Assembly: GCA_964014485.1 (NCBI GenBank)
Contig: CAXHAT010000021.1
Span: forward strand, 1 to 56,251
Direction of reading: 5' to 3'
Origin: an uncultured Deferribacteres bacterium
GTDB lineage: Bacteria; Zhuqueibacterota; Zhuqueibacteria; Zhuqueibacterales; Geothermadaptataceae
Length of the DNA stretch: 56,251 nucleotides
Below are positions 1-10,300 of the stretch, piece after piece. Numbering within the stretch: position 1 is the first letter of the stretch; each line of letters opens with the position of its first letter. Under the pieces are notes generated by a model. That model did no database searches. It was not told the DNA's origin and saw nothing but the letters and a program-made list of their open reading frames with translations. Made by a program: the position numbers and the translations under genes.

Positions 1-32
1 CATTAGCCCCGCGCTTCAGCCCGGTGCTAATG
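1..32. repeat. Imperfect REP-like palindrome inside the TMTC-like CDS
   Basis: CATTAGCCCCGCGCT-TC-AGCCCGGTGCTAATG; 15-bp arms with 2 mismatches; read in frame on the minus strand as (L)ISTGLKRGAN. Confidence 0.55.
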
Positions 33-1147
33 AGATGTTTGGCTGATACCGGTTTATTTTGTTTAAATATTATTTCGATGCCGACGGCGATGAGATAAAA
101 AAGGCCGAGATAGGCGATATAAGTATAACGTTCAGCATGGAGCGCGTGACCAACGGGCAAAAACTGAAGTACCGGCGCGATGGAGACGAGAAAAAAACCC
201 AGACCAAAAACGATGCGCCGATCCCGGATGATGCGCTTGAAAACGAGCGCCGCGAAAAAAATCAAGCCTAATCCCGCCGTATAAAAATACCAGGGCAGCG
301 GCGCGCCCGGCGGCACGGGATAGGGATGAAACGCCGACAAATGAACGGAAAAGATGGATTTGAAGAGGTAGACGCAGAGACTGAATCCGGAGACGGCCAG
401 AGATTCGAAAAAATCGATTTCGCGTGCGCCGGGGAGCGCTTCCGCATCTTGCTGGGTGAAAATCGCGACGAGCCCGAAGATGAGGCTTAACGCAAAAAAC
501 GGCGCTTTTTCCAGCAAGGCTTTCCGCCAGTCAGGCCGCTTTTTGAGGTAATCGATGATGAGCAGAATGACCGGAAAAGTGACGGCCATGGGCTTGGCCA
601 GCAGCGAAAGGGCGAACGAAACGAGCGCGAAAATATAGAACTTGCTCCGTGATTCAGCGCGCAAGAGAAAATTGAGATAAGCAATTAAACCGGAGAGAAA
701 GAAAAGTCCATAAAGCACATCTTTGCGTGCGGAAATCCAGGCGACGGATTCCAGATGCATGGGATGAACGCCAAACAGCAAGGCGACGAGCGCGGCGGCG
801 GCGGAACGGAGCCCGAGCAGGGTGAAAAGCCAAAAAACCAGCGCGGTGTTTGCCAAATGCAACAACAAATTGGTCGCGTGATAACCGCGTGCGTCAAGGC
901 CGAAAAGTGAGAAATCGACAGCGAGGGAAAGCAGAGTTAGCGGATGGTAGTTGCCCATAAATTCGCGCTGCGTAAAAATCGCCGCGATGTTTTCAACAGC
1001 GAGAGAACGAATGAGCGGATTTTCGAGAACGTATTTGTGGTCGTCCCAGTTGACCCAGCCGTTGTCGAGATTTGGCAATAGAACGATAAACGTCGCGAGC
1101 AGGACAAACGTGAGACAAATGCGGTTGTTGGGCGTGAGAATTTTCAT
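1..1147 (-). CDS. TMTC-like (GT-C/DUF1736-type) multi-pass membrane glycosyltransferase, 3' end outside window
   Basis: Not in the ORF track (no stop inside the window). Hand translation from ATG 1147: MKILTPNNRICLTFVLLATFIVLLPNLDNGWVNWDDHKYVLENPLIR...NLLLHLANTALVF...LLFGVHPMHLESVAWISARKD...HAERYTYIAYLG. The WDD, HP..ESVAWI..R.D and ERY.Y motifs are typical of bacterial TMTC homologues. Confidence 0.85.
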   Translation of the reverse strand, partial: MKILTPNNRICLTFVLLATFIVLLPNLDNGWVNWDDHKYVLENPLIRSLAVENIAAIFTQREFMGNYHPLTLLSLAVDFSLFGLDARGYHATNLLLHLANTALVFWLFTLLGLRSAAAALVALLFGVHPMHLESVAWISARKDVLYGLFFLSGLIAYLNFLLRAESRSKFYIFALVSFALSLLAKPMAVTFPVILLIIDYLKKRPDWRKALLEKAPFFALSLIFGLVAIFTQQDAEALPGAREIDFFESLAVSGFSLCVYLFKSIFSVHLSAFHPYPVPPGAPLPWYFYTAGLGLIFFAALVFKRIIRDRRIVFGLGFFLVSIAPVLQFLPVGHALHAERYTYIAYLGLFYLIAVGIEIIFKQNKPVSAKHLISTGLKRGAN

Positions 1148-1160
1148 TTATCGATATTTT

Positions 1161-1301
1161 TCTCGTTCCCATGTTTTGCGTGGGAATGCAGTTCTTGGGC
1201 GCTTCGCGCCCATTCTATTCGTAGACAGCTTGCTCGTTTGACCGCGTGAGAGCGGCGCGAAGCGCTTGGGCTGCATTCCAACGCGGAGCACTGGAACGAG
1301 A
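1161..1301. repeat. REP/MITE-like element with terminal inverted repeats and two internal hairpins
   Basis: Ends TCTCGTTCC...GGAACGAGA; hairpins GTTCCCATGTTTTGCGTGGGAATGC and GCATTCCAACGCGGAGCACTGGAAC; a related single unit lies at 3484-3514. Confidence 0.7.
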
Positions 1302-1572
1302 AAAGATAAAAATTTAACCGAACATTAGCGACAATGAAAATTTTTTAAAAAAACTTCACTTTGTAAAAACTGAACAATTTGTTTATCATGATTCCGCTGA
1401 CACAGGATGGAAACAGTATTTTAACAAGGATTGCACGCTTTAGCCAAAAAGGATTTTGGCCCCGCCGAGGAAGGACCCTCCCGCAATTCGCCTTTCAGTT
1501 TTTCTTACGCCGTTTCGCAATACCAAACGCTTTACCCAAAACAAATCAATCTACCCGCAAAGGAGTATGCTT

Positions 1573-3474
1573 ATGATGCAGAGGATGAGCATGTACGGCT
1601 TGTATTGCTTGTTTGCCGTTTTCACCTTCGCCTCGGGCGCGATGGCGCAAACCGGCAACGTCCAGCAAGGGGCTGGCGCACTGGGCAGCATTACGACCGG
1701 CGACGACAACACGGCCATCGGCGATTCCGCCGGAGCGCGAATTGACGTCGGCTCGCGCAACAGTTTTTTGGGAAGGTCCGCCGGGGCTTTTCTCACCGAC
1801 GCGACGGACAATACGATTTTGGGCGCCTTCGCCGCCTACTTGAGCACGACCGGCTCTTTCAATGTGATTGCCGGGCATCGCGCCGGATACCGCAACAGCG
1901 CTTCCGAAGTGATTTTTATCGGCACGGAAGCCGGGTATAATCACACCACGGGAGAGCGCGTGATCTTCATCGGCGAACAGGCCGGTGAATTGAGTACGAC
2001 GGGGTATGACAACGTATTTATCGGCAGGGACGCAGGGCATAGGCAAGCAACGTCCTACCGGAACACCTTTATTGGTCAGGCGGCTGGATACGGCATCACG
2101 AATCCGTTCGGTTTCGGCAATACAGCTATCGGCAATGAAGCTTTGTACGATCTCAGCGAGGACGTACATCACAACACGGCTTTAGGAGATTCGGCGGGCA
2201 TCGATAACGGCGGACAGGCCTATTACAACACATATTTGGGACAAGCCGCGGGCGCCGCGACGGAGCACGCTGATTATAACACTTTTCTTGGGGCCCGCGC
2301 GGGATACGATAATAACCGGAACAACCAGACCGGAAACGCCAACCGTAATACTTATGCCGGTTTTGAAGCCGGCTTTGCCAACCGAAGCGGTGAAGATCAT
2401 GTCGGGATCGGGGCGTTTGCCGATTTCAATTCGACCTTGAGAACACGGACGACTTTTATCGGCGGGGGCGCAAATGTGCAAAATAGCGAGGTGGTGATCA
2501 TCGGTTATGAAGCCCGTGCGAATGATCCCGGCTCGATCAGCATCGGCTCGCAATCCGACGCCATCGGAAACAACGGTGTTGCTATCGGCTATCTGGCCCA
2601 GAGTCTTTGGAATAATCAAGTGGTGATTGGCCGCGAAGCGATCAGCGACGACAATCTCAATCGAACGATCGCGGTCGGGCGCTCCGCCAACGCCGGCGCG
2701 GACAGTGCGACGGTTCTGGGCTTTGAAGCCGTGAGCACGGGATCGCGCGGCACGGCGGTCGGGCAAACGGCCAACGTTAGCGGGGATTTTTCCACTGCCT
2801 TTGGGCAAGGAACGGTTGTCACGGGCGCCGGTTCCGCCGCTTTGGGTTATCAAACGACGGTTCACGAAGACAACACGATTTACCTCGGCAACAGCGCCAT
2901 CACCTCCGCGGGCGGCACGGTGAACTGGACGGCGACTTCGGACGGTCGCGTGAAGCAAAACGTGCGGGAAGACGTGCCGGGCATGGCGTTTATCGACGCG
3001 CTGCGACCGGTGACTTACACCTGGAATTTGGACAAACTCAACGCCGCGCGCGGCGTCAGCGCGCCGGACGCGCTTCGGCAGCAGAATTTGAAAAAAGAGA
3101 AAATTCGCTACACCGGATTCCTGGCGCAAGAAGTCGCCGCCGCCGCTCAGAGCGTGGGCTATGATTTCAGCGGCGTCGATGCGCCAGTGAATTCGGAAGC
3201 CGGAGTCTATGGTCTGCGTTACGCCGAATTTGCCGCGCCGATGGTGAAGGCGGCGCAGGAACTTCAAGCCAAAATCGAGCACCAAAAATCAAAAATGGCT
3301 GGGCAGCGCGAGCAATTGGCGCTTTACCAAAAAAGATTCGCCGCTCTCGAAGCGCGATTGCGGGAGGTTGAATCCGGCAAGGGCGGTTTGAAATTGCAAG
3401 AAGAAATCATCACTACCGATGCCGCTCCGAAGGCGGAGAACAAAGCCGCGGGTGATGATTTGCCGGAAGAATGA
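1573..3474 (+). CDS. Secreted fibre-like protein 1: signal peptide, Gly-rich N.FIG..AG repeats, YadA-head-like repeats, C-terminal peptidase S74 intramolecular chaperone and coiled coil
   Basis: ORF 1456..3474; start moved to ATG 1573 because AAGGAG lies 7 nt upstream. Signal peptide ends AMA-Q. S74 motifs TSDGRVKQNV, LRPVTY, GFLAQEV, GLRYAEF. Confidence 0.85.
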   Translation: MMQRMSMYGLYCLFAVFTFASGAMAQTGNVQQGAGALGSITTGDDNTAIGDSAGARIDVGSRNSFLGRSAGAFLTDATDNTILGAFAAYLSTTGSFNVIAGHRAGYRNSASEVIFIGTEAGYNHTTGERVIFIGEQAGELSTTGYDNVFIGRDAGHRQATSYRNTFIGQAAGYGITNPFGFGNTAIGNEALYDLSEDVHHNTALGDSAGIDNGGQAYYNTYLGQAAGAATEHADYNTFLGARAGYDNNRNNQTGNANRNTYAGFEAGFANRSGEDHVGIGAFADFNSTLRTRTTFIGGGANVQNSEVVIIGYEARANDPGSISIGSQSDAIGNNGVAIGYLAQSLWNNQVVIGREAISDDNLNRTIAVGRSANAGADSATVLGFEAVSTGSRGTAVGQTANVSGDFSTAFGQGTVVTGAGSAALGYQTTVHEDNTIYLGNSAITSAGGTVNWTATSDGRVKQNVREDVPGMAFIDALRPVTYTWNLDKLNAARGVSAPDALRQQNLKKEKIRYTGFLAQEVAAAAQSVGYDFSGVDAPVNSEAGVYGLRYAEFAAPMVKAAQELQAKIEHQKSKMAGQREQLALYQKRFAALEARLREVESGKGGLKLQEEIITTDAAPKAENKAAGDDLPEE

Positions 3475-3483
3475 CCGGAAGTT

Positions 3484-3547
3484 TCTCGTTCCAACGCGAA
3501 GCATTGGAACGAGAAGACATCCCCCTAACCCCCTTCAAAGGGGGAAC
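3484..3547. repeat. Two adjacent REP-like hairpins between fibre genes 1 and 2
   Basis: TCTCGTTCCAACGCGAAGCATTGGAACGAGA (same family as 1161-1301) followed by ATCCCCCTAACCCCCTTCAAAGGGGGAA. Confidence 0.65.
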
Positions 3548-3606
3548 AATTCGCGCTTTGCGCGGCAATGACGATTTGAAATAAGAAAATTTTCAGAGAC
3601 AAAAAT

Positions 3607-5496
3607 ATGAAAAATACAATTTACTTCTTGCTCGGATGCGCTCTCGCCGCAACGCCTGTTTTTGCGCAAACCGGCAACGTCGCGATTGGTATGGGCGCTT
3701 TGGCGAGCATTGCCGCTGGCGGCAACGACAATACGGCGGTCGGCGATTCCGCCGGAACCAACAACACAACCGGCGATCAGCATGTTCTTTTTGGCAATCG
3801 CGCGGGCTTCCATCTGATCGACGCCGGGGCCGCCGATCAGATATTTATCGGCTATGAAGCCGGTTTTTTCGCCGAGTTCATGAACGCCGGCGGAAATCCG
3901 TTCGACAACGTTTTTATCGGCTCGCAAGCCGGACGGAGCGTGTCAGGTACAAACGAACATGTTTTCATTGGCCGACGCGCAGGCTGGCGTTATACGGACG
4001 GAACGCGGGATGACAATGTCATTATCGGCGAGGAGGCTGGATTTCAATTGACGACGGGCGGGGATAACGTCTTTATCGGGGAAAACGCCGGTTACGGTTT
4101 TTCAACCGGCTACGATAACACATTCGTCGGCTCAAATGCGGGCGGCGGTTTTAATACAGGTTCATCTTTTCTCGGAACAGGTTCGAAAAACACCGCTTTC
4201 GGCAACGAAGCTTTGAGCGATCTGGATGAGACCGGCCATCGCAATACCGCCATCGGCGACTCAGCAGGCAATGACGTCGGCGAGGGATTTAGCAACACTT
4301 TCCTGGGCGCCGCTTCAGGCGCGGCCACTGAACACGCCGATTACAACACTTTTGTCGGCGCGCTTGCCGGGTGGGATAATAACAGAAACAACGGTACGAA
4401 CAACGCCAATCGCAATACCTATATCGGGCGCAGGACGGGCTACACCAACCGTCAAGGCGAGGACAACGCCGGCATTGGCGCATTCGCCGATTTTAACAAT
4501 ACTCTGCGCGGAAGAGCGAGCTTTGCCGGCGCTTTCGCGGATCTTGACGCCGCGGAAGTGGTCGTTGTCGGCTACGACGCCCGCGCCGCCAGCGAGGGCA
4601 ATGTCAGCATCGGCGCCGAATCCGACGCTACGGGAAGCAGCGGCGTGGCCGTCGGTTATCTGGCGCAAAGCAACGCCCTGGATCAGGTCGTGATTGGGCG
4701 TGAAGCTTCCAGCCCTTCAGGATCACACCGAACGGTGGTCATTGGAACCCAGGCAAGCGCATCTTTGACCAACTCTGTCGTTCTTGGCGATCAAGCCGCA
4801 AGCACGGTCAACAACAGTTTGGCGATTGGAAATATGGCGAATGCCAGCGGCGAGAACGCAACCGCAGTCGGCGCCAACGCCAGCGCTTCCGGCGTGAATT
4901 CGATGGCCTTGGGGTACCAGGCGACCGTTGCGACGGACAACACGATCCGCATCGGCAACGGTTCGGTCACGGCCATCGGCGGCGTGGTCAACTGGACGGC
5001 GACCTCGGACGCGCGCTTCAAAGAAAACGTGCGTGAAGACGTGCCGGGGCTGATTTTCGTCGAAGAGCTCAACCCTCTGACTTATGCCTACGATGTTCAG
5101 GCCATGAACGCATTCAACGGCCTGCCCGCTGCACAACAATCCAATTCTGAAAAAGAGAAAATTCGTTACAGCGGATTCGTGGCGCAAGACGTTGCCGCCG
5201 CCGCGCAAAAAGTACACTACGATTTCAGCGGCGTAGACGCGCCGGGCGATCTGGAAAAAGCCGCGCTGGGCTTGCGTTACGAAGAATTCACCGCACCGTT
5301 GATCAAAGCCATGCAAGAATTGCATACTGAAATCAAGGCCAACGATGAAATCATCGCTCGGCAGGAAAAGATGCTGACGAATTACGCGGCGTTTTTCGAG
5401 CAGGCGGAAACGCAATTGGCGGCCCTCGAACGAGAGAAAGCGCAACAAGCAAAACAAAGTAAGAAAACGCTTAAAAATACACGGAGATCACAATGA
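3607..5496 (+). CDS. Secreted fibre-like protein 2 with S74 chaperone domain
   Basis: Signal peptide VFA-QTGNV; same repeat organisation as gene 1 (shared AATEHADYNTF.GA.AG.DNNRNN.T.NANRNTY block); TSDARFKENV, GFVAQDV, GLRYEEF. Confidence 0.88.
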   Translation: MKNTIYFLLGCALAATPVFAQTGNVAIGMGALASIAAGGNDNTAVGDSAGTNNTTGDQHVLFGNRAGFHLIDAGAADQIFIGYEAGFFAEFMNAGGNPFDNVFIGSQAGRSVSGTNEHVFIGRRAGWRYTDGTRDDNVIIGEEAGFQLTTGGDNVFIGENAGYGFSTGYDNTFVGSNAGGGFNTGSSFLGTGSKNTAFGNEALSDLDETGHRNTAIGDSAGNDVGEGFSNTFLGAASGAATEHADYNTFVGALAGWDNNRNNGTNNANRNTYIGRRTGYTNRQGEDNAGIGAFADFNNTLRGRASFAGAFADLDAAEVVVVGYDARAASEGNVSIGAESDATGSSGVAVGYLAQSNALDQVVIGREASSPSGSHRTVVIGTQASASLTNSVVLGDQAASTVNNSLAIGNMANASGENATAVGANASASGVNSMALGYQATVATDNTIRIGNGSVTAIGGVVNWTATSDARFKENVREDVPGLIFVEELNPLTYAYDVQAMNAFNGLPAAQQSNSEKEKIRYSGFVAQDVAAAAQKVHYDFSGVDAPGDLEKAALGLRYEEFTAPLIKAMQELHTEIKANDEIIARQEKMLTNYAAFFEQAETQLAALEREKAQQAKQSKKTLKNTRRSQ

Positions 5497-7364
5497 GAAA
5501 ACGCACTTTTTACCGTATCGCCCTTGTGTGCTCCGTGCTTTTCTTGAGCGCAGCGAGCTATGCACAGGTTGGTAATACCACGTTCGGCCCCGGCGCCGGT
5601 TTTAACATCACCTTTGGCGACAGTCTGACGCTGGTCGGCGATTCAACCGGTTTTAGTCTGACTTCGGCGCAAAGAGCTTCCTTGTTCGGCAAAAACGCGG
5701 GCTACAATCTCACATCTGGAAGAGATAATACTATGCTCGGCTATTCCGCCGGATTTCTGAACACAACGAGTGACGCAGATAATACTTTTATCGGCGCCTA
5801 TGCGGGGTACATGAATGATGATTCGGACGGAACGATGATCGGCTATCAAGCGGGATACGGTAACACCACCGGATCAGACGCGACTTTCATCGGATTTCAA
5901 GCGGGCTACAATAACGGCACGGCGAACGACGTCACTTTTATTGGCTACAAAGCGGGCTATCACAACACCGGCGGCGGCAGTTACAATCCGCCCAGCGGGG
6001 AAGGCAACGGCACACGGGGACGGGACAATACTTTCGCCGGCGTTTTTTCCGGTTTTACCAACGTTGAAGGTTATAAAAACTCTGCCGCCGGAGCGTATGC
6101 GCTGTACAACCTCGGCAGTTTCAGCAGTCTGCCCGCGCATTACAACACGGCCATCGGCGATTCCGCCGGGTATTCCAACGGCGGCGACGCCAATTATAAT
6201 ACTTACCTCGGCGCAGCGTCCGGGGCGGCCAACCGCTTTGGCGACAACAACACATTCGCGGGCGCTTACGCCGGAATCAACAACAATTCCGACGCGAGTA
6301 CGACGACGGGTAATAACAATACTTTTATCGGCGCATGGAACGGCGCGGCCAACATTTCCGGCAACGACAACACCGGCATGGGCGCTTTCGCTGATTTGGG
6401 AGCGAGCAATTTGAACGGGACCGTTTTTATTGGCGCCGCGAGTCAGGTTGGCGCGGACAAGGCCATTGCCTTCGGCTATTCAGCTCTTGCGACCCATGAA
6501 GGCGTGATCGCCGTCGGCGAGTCGGCGCTGGCTTCCGCGACCAATACGATTGCCGTTGGCGAAGACGCGCAAGCGACCGCGAACAATGCGATTGTTGTCG
6601 GAAACGAAGCGATTGTCTCCGGCGCCAATTCCATCGGCATTGGCCGTTTAGCGGAGGTCACGGCGAATACAAGCGTGGGCGTTGGTTTTGATGCAATGAT
6701 CACCCAGGCGAACGGGGTCGCGATTGGAATTAAAGCGAATCTTTCCGGCGCTGATGCGACCGCGCTTGGCGCGCTAACAAACGTCTCTGGCGTCAATTCA
6801 ACTGCTGTTGGATTCAATGTGTCAACAACGGCCAATAACGAGGTGGTTTTCGGCGATGAGAAAACCGTCTCCGTCGGCGGTATTGTGCCGTGGACGCAGA
6901 CTTCGGACGGGCGCTTCAAAAAAGACCTGCGCAACGACGTGCCGGGGATGGCTTTCATTTCGCGCTTGCGTCCTGTGACTTATGAGTTGGATCAACAAGC
7001 TTTTGCTGAAAGAAGAAGTGAAAAAGTCGCGGAAACGAATAACGCGCCCGCGCCGAAGCGCCAGACCGGCTTTATCGCTCAGGAAGTTGAAGATGCAGCA
7101 AAAGAGACCGGCTACGAATTCAGCGGCGTCGACCAGCCGCAATCTGAAAATGATTTGTACGGCTTGCGCTACGCCGATTTTGTGGCGCCGCTGACCAAAG
7201 CCGTGCAGAAATTGAACGCTGAAAGCAAGCAAATTTCCACTGAATTGCAGGAACGGAATTTCACTTTTGCCGAGCAGGAAAAGCAATTGGCGCAGTTTGC
7301 CGCACGTCTTGCGGAGGCGAAAGAAAAAATGTCAAAGGCAAAAAAAGACAAAGGAGCTAAGTAA
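5493..7364 (+). CDS. Secreted fibre-like protein 3 with S74 chaperone domain
   Basis: ATGA overlap with gene 2; GGAG RBS; signal peptide SYA-QVGN; longer YadA-head-like region; TSDGRFKKDL, LRPVTY, GFIAQEV, GLRYADF. Confidence 0.88.
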   Translation: MRKRTFYRIALVCSVLFLSAASYAQVGNTTFGPGAGFNITFGDSLTLVGDSTGFSLTSAQRASLFGKNAGYNLTSGRDNTMLGYSAGFLNTTSDADNTFIGAYAGYMNDDSDGTMIGYQAGYGNTTGSDATFIGFQAGYNNGTANDVTFIGYKAGYHNTGGGSYNPPSGEGNGTRGRDNTFAGVFSGFTNVEGYKNSAAGAYALYNLGSFSSLPAHYNTAIGDSAGYSNGGDANYNTYLGAASGAANRFGDNNTFAGAYAGINNNSDASTTTGNNNTFIGAWNGAANISGNDNTGMGAFADLGASNLNGTVFIGAASQVGADKAIAFGYSALATHEGVIAVGESALASATNTIAVGEDAQATANNAIVVGNEAIVSGANSIGIGRLAEVTANTSVGVGFDAMITQANGVAIGIKANLSGADATALGALTNVSGVNSTAVGFNVSTTANNEVVFGDEKTVSVGGIVPWTQTSDGRFKKDLRNDVPGMAFISRLRPVTYELDQQAFAERRSEKVAETNNAPAPKRQTGFIAQEVEDAAKETGYEFSGVDQPQSENDLYGLRYADFVAPLTKAVQKLNAESKQISTELQERNFTFAEQEKQLAQFAARLAEAKEKMSKAKKDKGAK

Positions 7365-7367
7365 GGC

Positions 7368-10300
7368 ATGTTTCGAAAAAAACTGCAACAAAGCCACTGG
7401 ACGGCAGGCCTTTGCTTTATGATCATGTGCGCTGCAACGTCTGTATTCTCACAGGTGACCGCCGTCGGCGGCGAGACCCAAGTGAATACGGTGACTGACA
7501 GCACGCAAAAGCACCCGGCCGTTGCGATGGCGCAGGACGGGAGCTACACGATTGTCTGGGAGAGCCTCGGCCAAAGCGGCGATGCTGATCGCTTCGGGAT
7601 TTTTCAGCGCCGCTACAGCGCGGACGGAACGCCGCTTTCCACCGGCGTCGTCAATTCTTTGACGGCGGGAAATCAGCGCTATCCCGACATTGCGATGGCG
7701 CAGAACGGCGCTTATGTCGTCTTTTGGATGGACGACACAAAGGACGACAATACCTGGAGCATCCAGGGGCGGCGCTTCGACAATACCGGTGCGGCGCTGG
7801 GGGATATTTTCCCGTTGATCGAAAACGGCACTCAAGCCAAATTCCCGAAAGTCTCCGTGCAAGACAACGGCGACATGGTGGTTGTTTTCGCGCAAATTGA
7901 CACTTCGACCAATACGTTTTCGATTCGGTCACGGAGGATAACCGCCGCCGGCGTGAACGTGGAAGCGGTGCAAACCGTCGCCACCTCGAACACGAATTTT
8001 CTCGGTTTTCCGGATGTCGCGCGAGATTCGGACGGCGATTATGTCGTTGTCTGGCAGGAAGAAAACACCGACGGCTCCGGGCTGGGAATTTACGCACGGC
8101 GCTATAATAGCTCCGCCGTAGCGCAAGGCGCGGCCTTCAAAGTGAACACGACGACCGCGGGCAACCAGCAAGAACCGGCGATTGCGATGGACGTCAACGG
8201 CAATTTTATCGTCGCCTGGACGAGTTTTGGGCAGGACGGCGACAAGGGCGGGATTTACGCTCAGCGCTACCTCGCCAACGGCACGCCCAACGGCGTTGAA
8301 ACGCAAATCAACACGACGACCACGAATTCACAGGACAACGTCGCCGTCACCATGACGACCGTCGGGGCGTACACGCTTGCCTGGAACAGCTACGCGCAGG
8401 ACGGCTCGTTCGACGGCGTTTACTTGCGCGCGTTTGCCGCCAGCGGTGCTGCGATCGGCGCGGAAATCAAGGTCAATACGCGCACGACGGACTTTCAGCA
8501 ATTCGCGGAATTGGCGCAGTACGGCAGCACCGACACGTTGGTCGTCGTTTGGCAGGACGGTCTGCGCCATTCCAGCGCCACCCACGACGGCGACGACTAC
8601 GGCATTTACAAACAGCGTTATTCGACTGTTTCAGAACTCATGGCCAGCGCCGGGCCGGACACGGCGATTTGTCTGGGCGATTCCGTGCAAATCGGCGGCG
8701 CGCCTTCCGGGGCCGGCGGCGTTCCGCCCTACACCTACAGTTGGTCGCCCGCCACAGGTTTGAGCAGCGCGAGTGCGGCCAATCCGACGGCCATGCCGAC
8801 CGATACAACCGAATATATTTTAACCGTGACCGACGATAACAGCGACACGGCGATGGACACGGTTTTGGTGATCATCAAGCCGATTCCAGTGGTTGACGCC
8901 GGGGCGGATACAAGTATTTGTCTGGGCGAATCCGTCGTCATTGGCGGCGGCCCGACGGCCAGCGGCGGAACCGGCGTTTTTACGTACGCCTGGACGCCGA
9001 CGACCGGCCTGGATGACGCGACCATCGCCAACCCAACGGCTACGCCGACAGACACGACGACCTACGTCGTCACTGTCACCGACGCTGACGGATGCGTGGT
9101 GAAAGACAGCCTGACGGTTACGACGCACCCGCTGCCAATCGTGGATGCTGGAGCGGACACAAGTATTTGTTTGGGAGAATCCGTCGCCTTGGGCGGCGCG
9201 CCGACCGCTTCCGACGGCACGGCGCCTTTTACCTACAGTTGGTCGCCCGCCGCGAGTTTGAACGACGCTTCTTTGGCCAATCCCACGGCGACGCCAACTG
9301 ACACGACCGAGTACATCGTCACCGTTACTGACGCCAACAATTGCGTGGTGATGGATACGATTGTCGTCACGACTTTTCCATTGCCGGTGGTTGACGCCGG
9401 TGCGGACACGGCGATTTGTCTCGGCGAATCCGTCGATCTTGGCGGCGCTCCAACGGCTTCCGGCGGTACCGAGCCTTACACCTACGCCTGGACGCCCGCC
9501 GCGAGTCTAAACGACGCATCTTTGGCTAACCCGACCGCCACGCCGACCGATACGACGGAATATATCGTCACCGTCACCGACGCGAATAATTGCGTGGTCA
9601 TGGATACGATTGTCGTCACAACGCTGCCATTGCCGATTGCAGACGCAGGAGATGATCAGGCGATTTGCCTGGGTGATTCAGTGACGATTGGCGGCACTCC
9701 GACCGCAGCGGGAGGAACCGCGCCGTTTACTTATAGCTGGACGCCGATTGCCGGATTGAGCGATGCAACCGTCGCCAATCCGAAAGCTTCTCCGGCGGAT
9801 ACGACAGAATACATCGTCACGATCACCGACGCCAACGGCAAGACGGACATGGACACGATGATCGTCGTCATTCAACCGTTGGTTGTGGCTGACGCCGGGG
9901 CGGATAAATCGATTTGTTTGGGCGAATCGACCGTCATCGGCGGCGTGCCCACGGCGGCGGAGGGAACCGGGCCTTTTACTTATTCCTGGAGCCCGGCAAC
10001 CGGCCTTGACGACGCATCACTCGCCAATCCGACCGCTACACCAACCGATACGACGGAATACATCGTCACCGTCACCGATGTTCACGGCAAAACCGACATG
10101 GACACGATGATCGTCGTCATCCAGCCATTGGCGGCGGCGGACGCCGGGCCGGATCAAGCGATATGTCTGGGCGACTCCGTGCAAATCGGCGGCAGCCCAA
10201 CCGCGACCGGCGGCACCGCGCCGTTTACCTATTCCTGGAGTCCGGCGACTGGTTTGGACGATGCGACGCTCGCCAATCCGATGGCCTCGCCCGCTGATAC

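Noticed and set aside
59..1241. Short ORFs 59..271, 487..684, 685..897 and 951..1241
   Set aside because: Shadow or off-frame ORFs of the minus-strand TMTC-like gene.
1456..1572. N-terminal extension of fibre gene 1 in the ORF track
   Set aside because: The RBS and signal peptide point to a start near 1573.
1302..1572. Riboswitch upstream of the fibre operon (also looked upstream of the TonB receptor)
   Set aside because: I could not identify c-di-GMP, cobalamin or TPP consensus elements by eye; an Rfam scan would be needed to exclude them.
1573..7364. Prophage tail module or classical trimeric autotransporters
   Set aside because: All three have Sec signal peptides, no capsid/terminase/integrase genes are nearby, and there is no C-terminal YadA anchor barrel.
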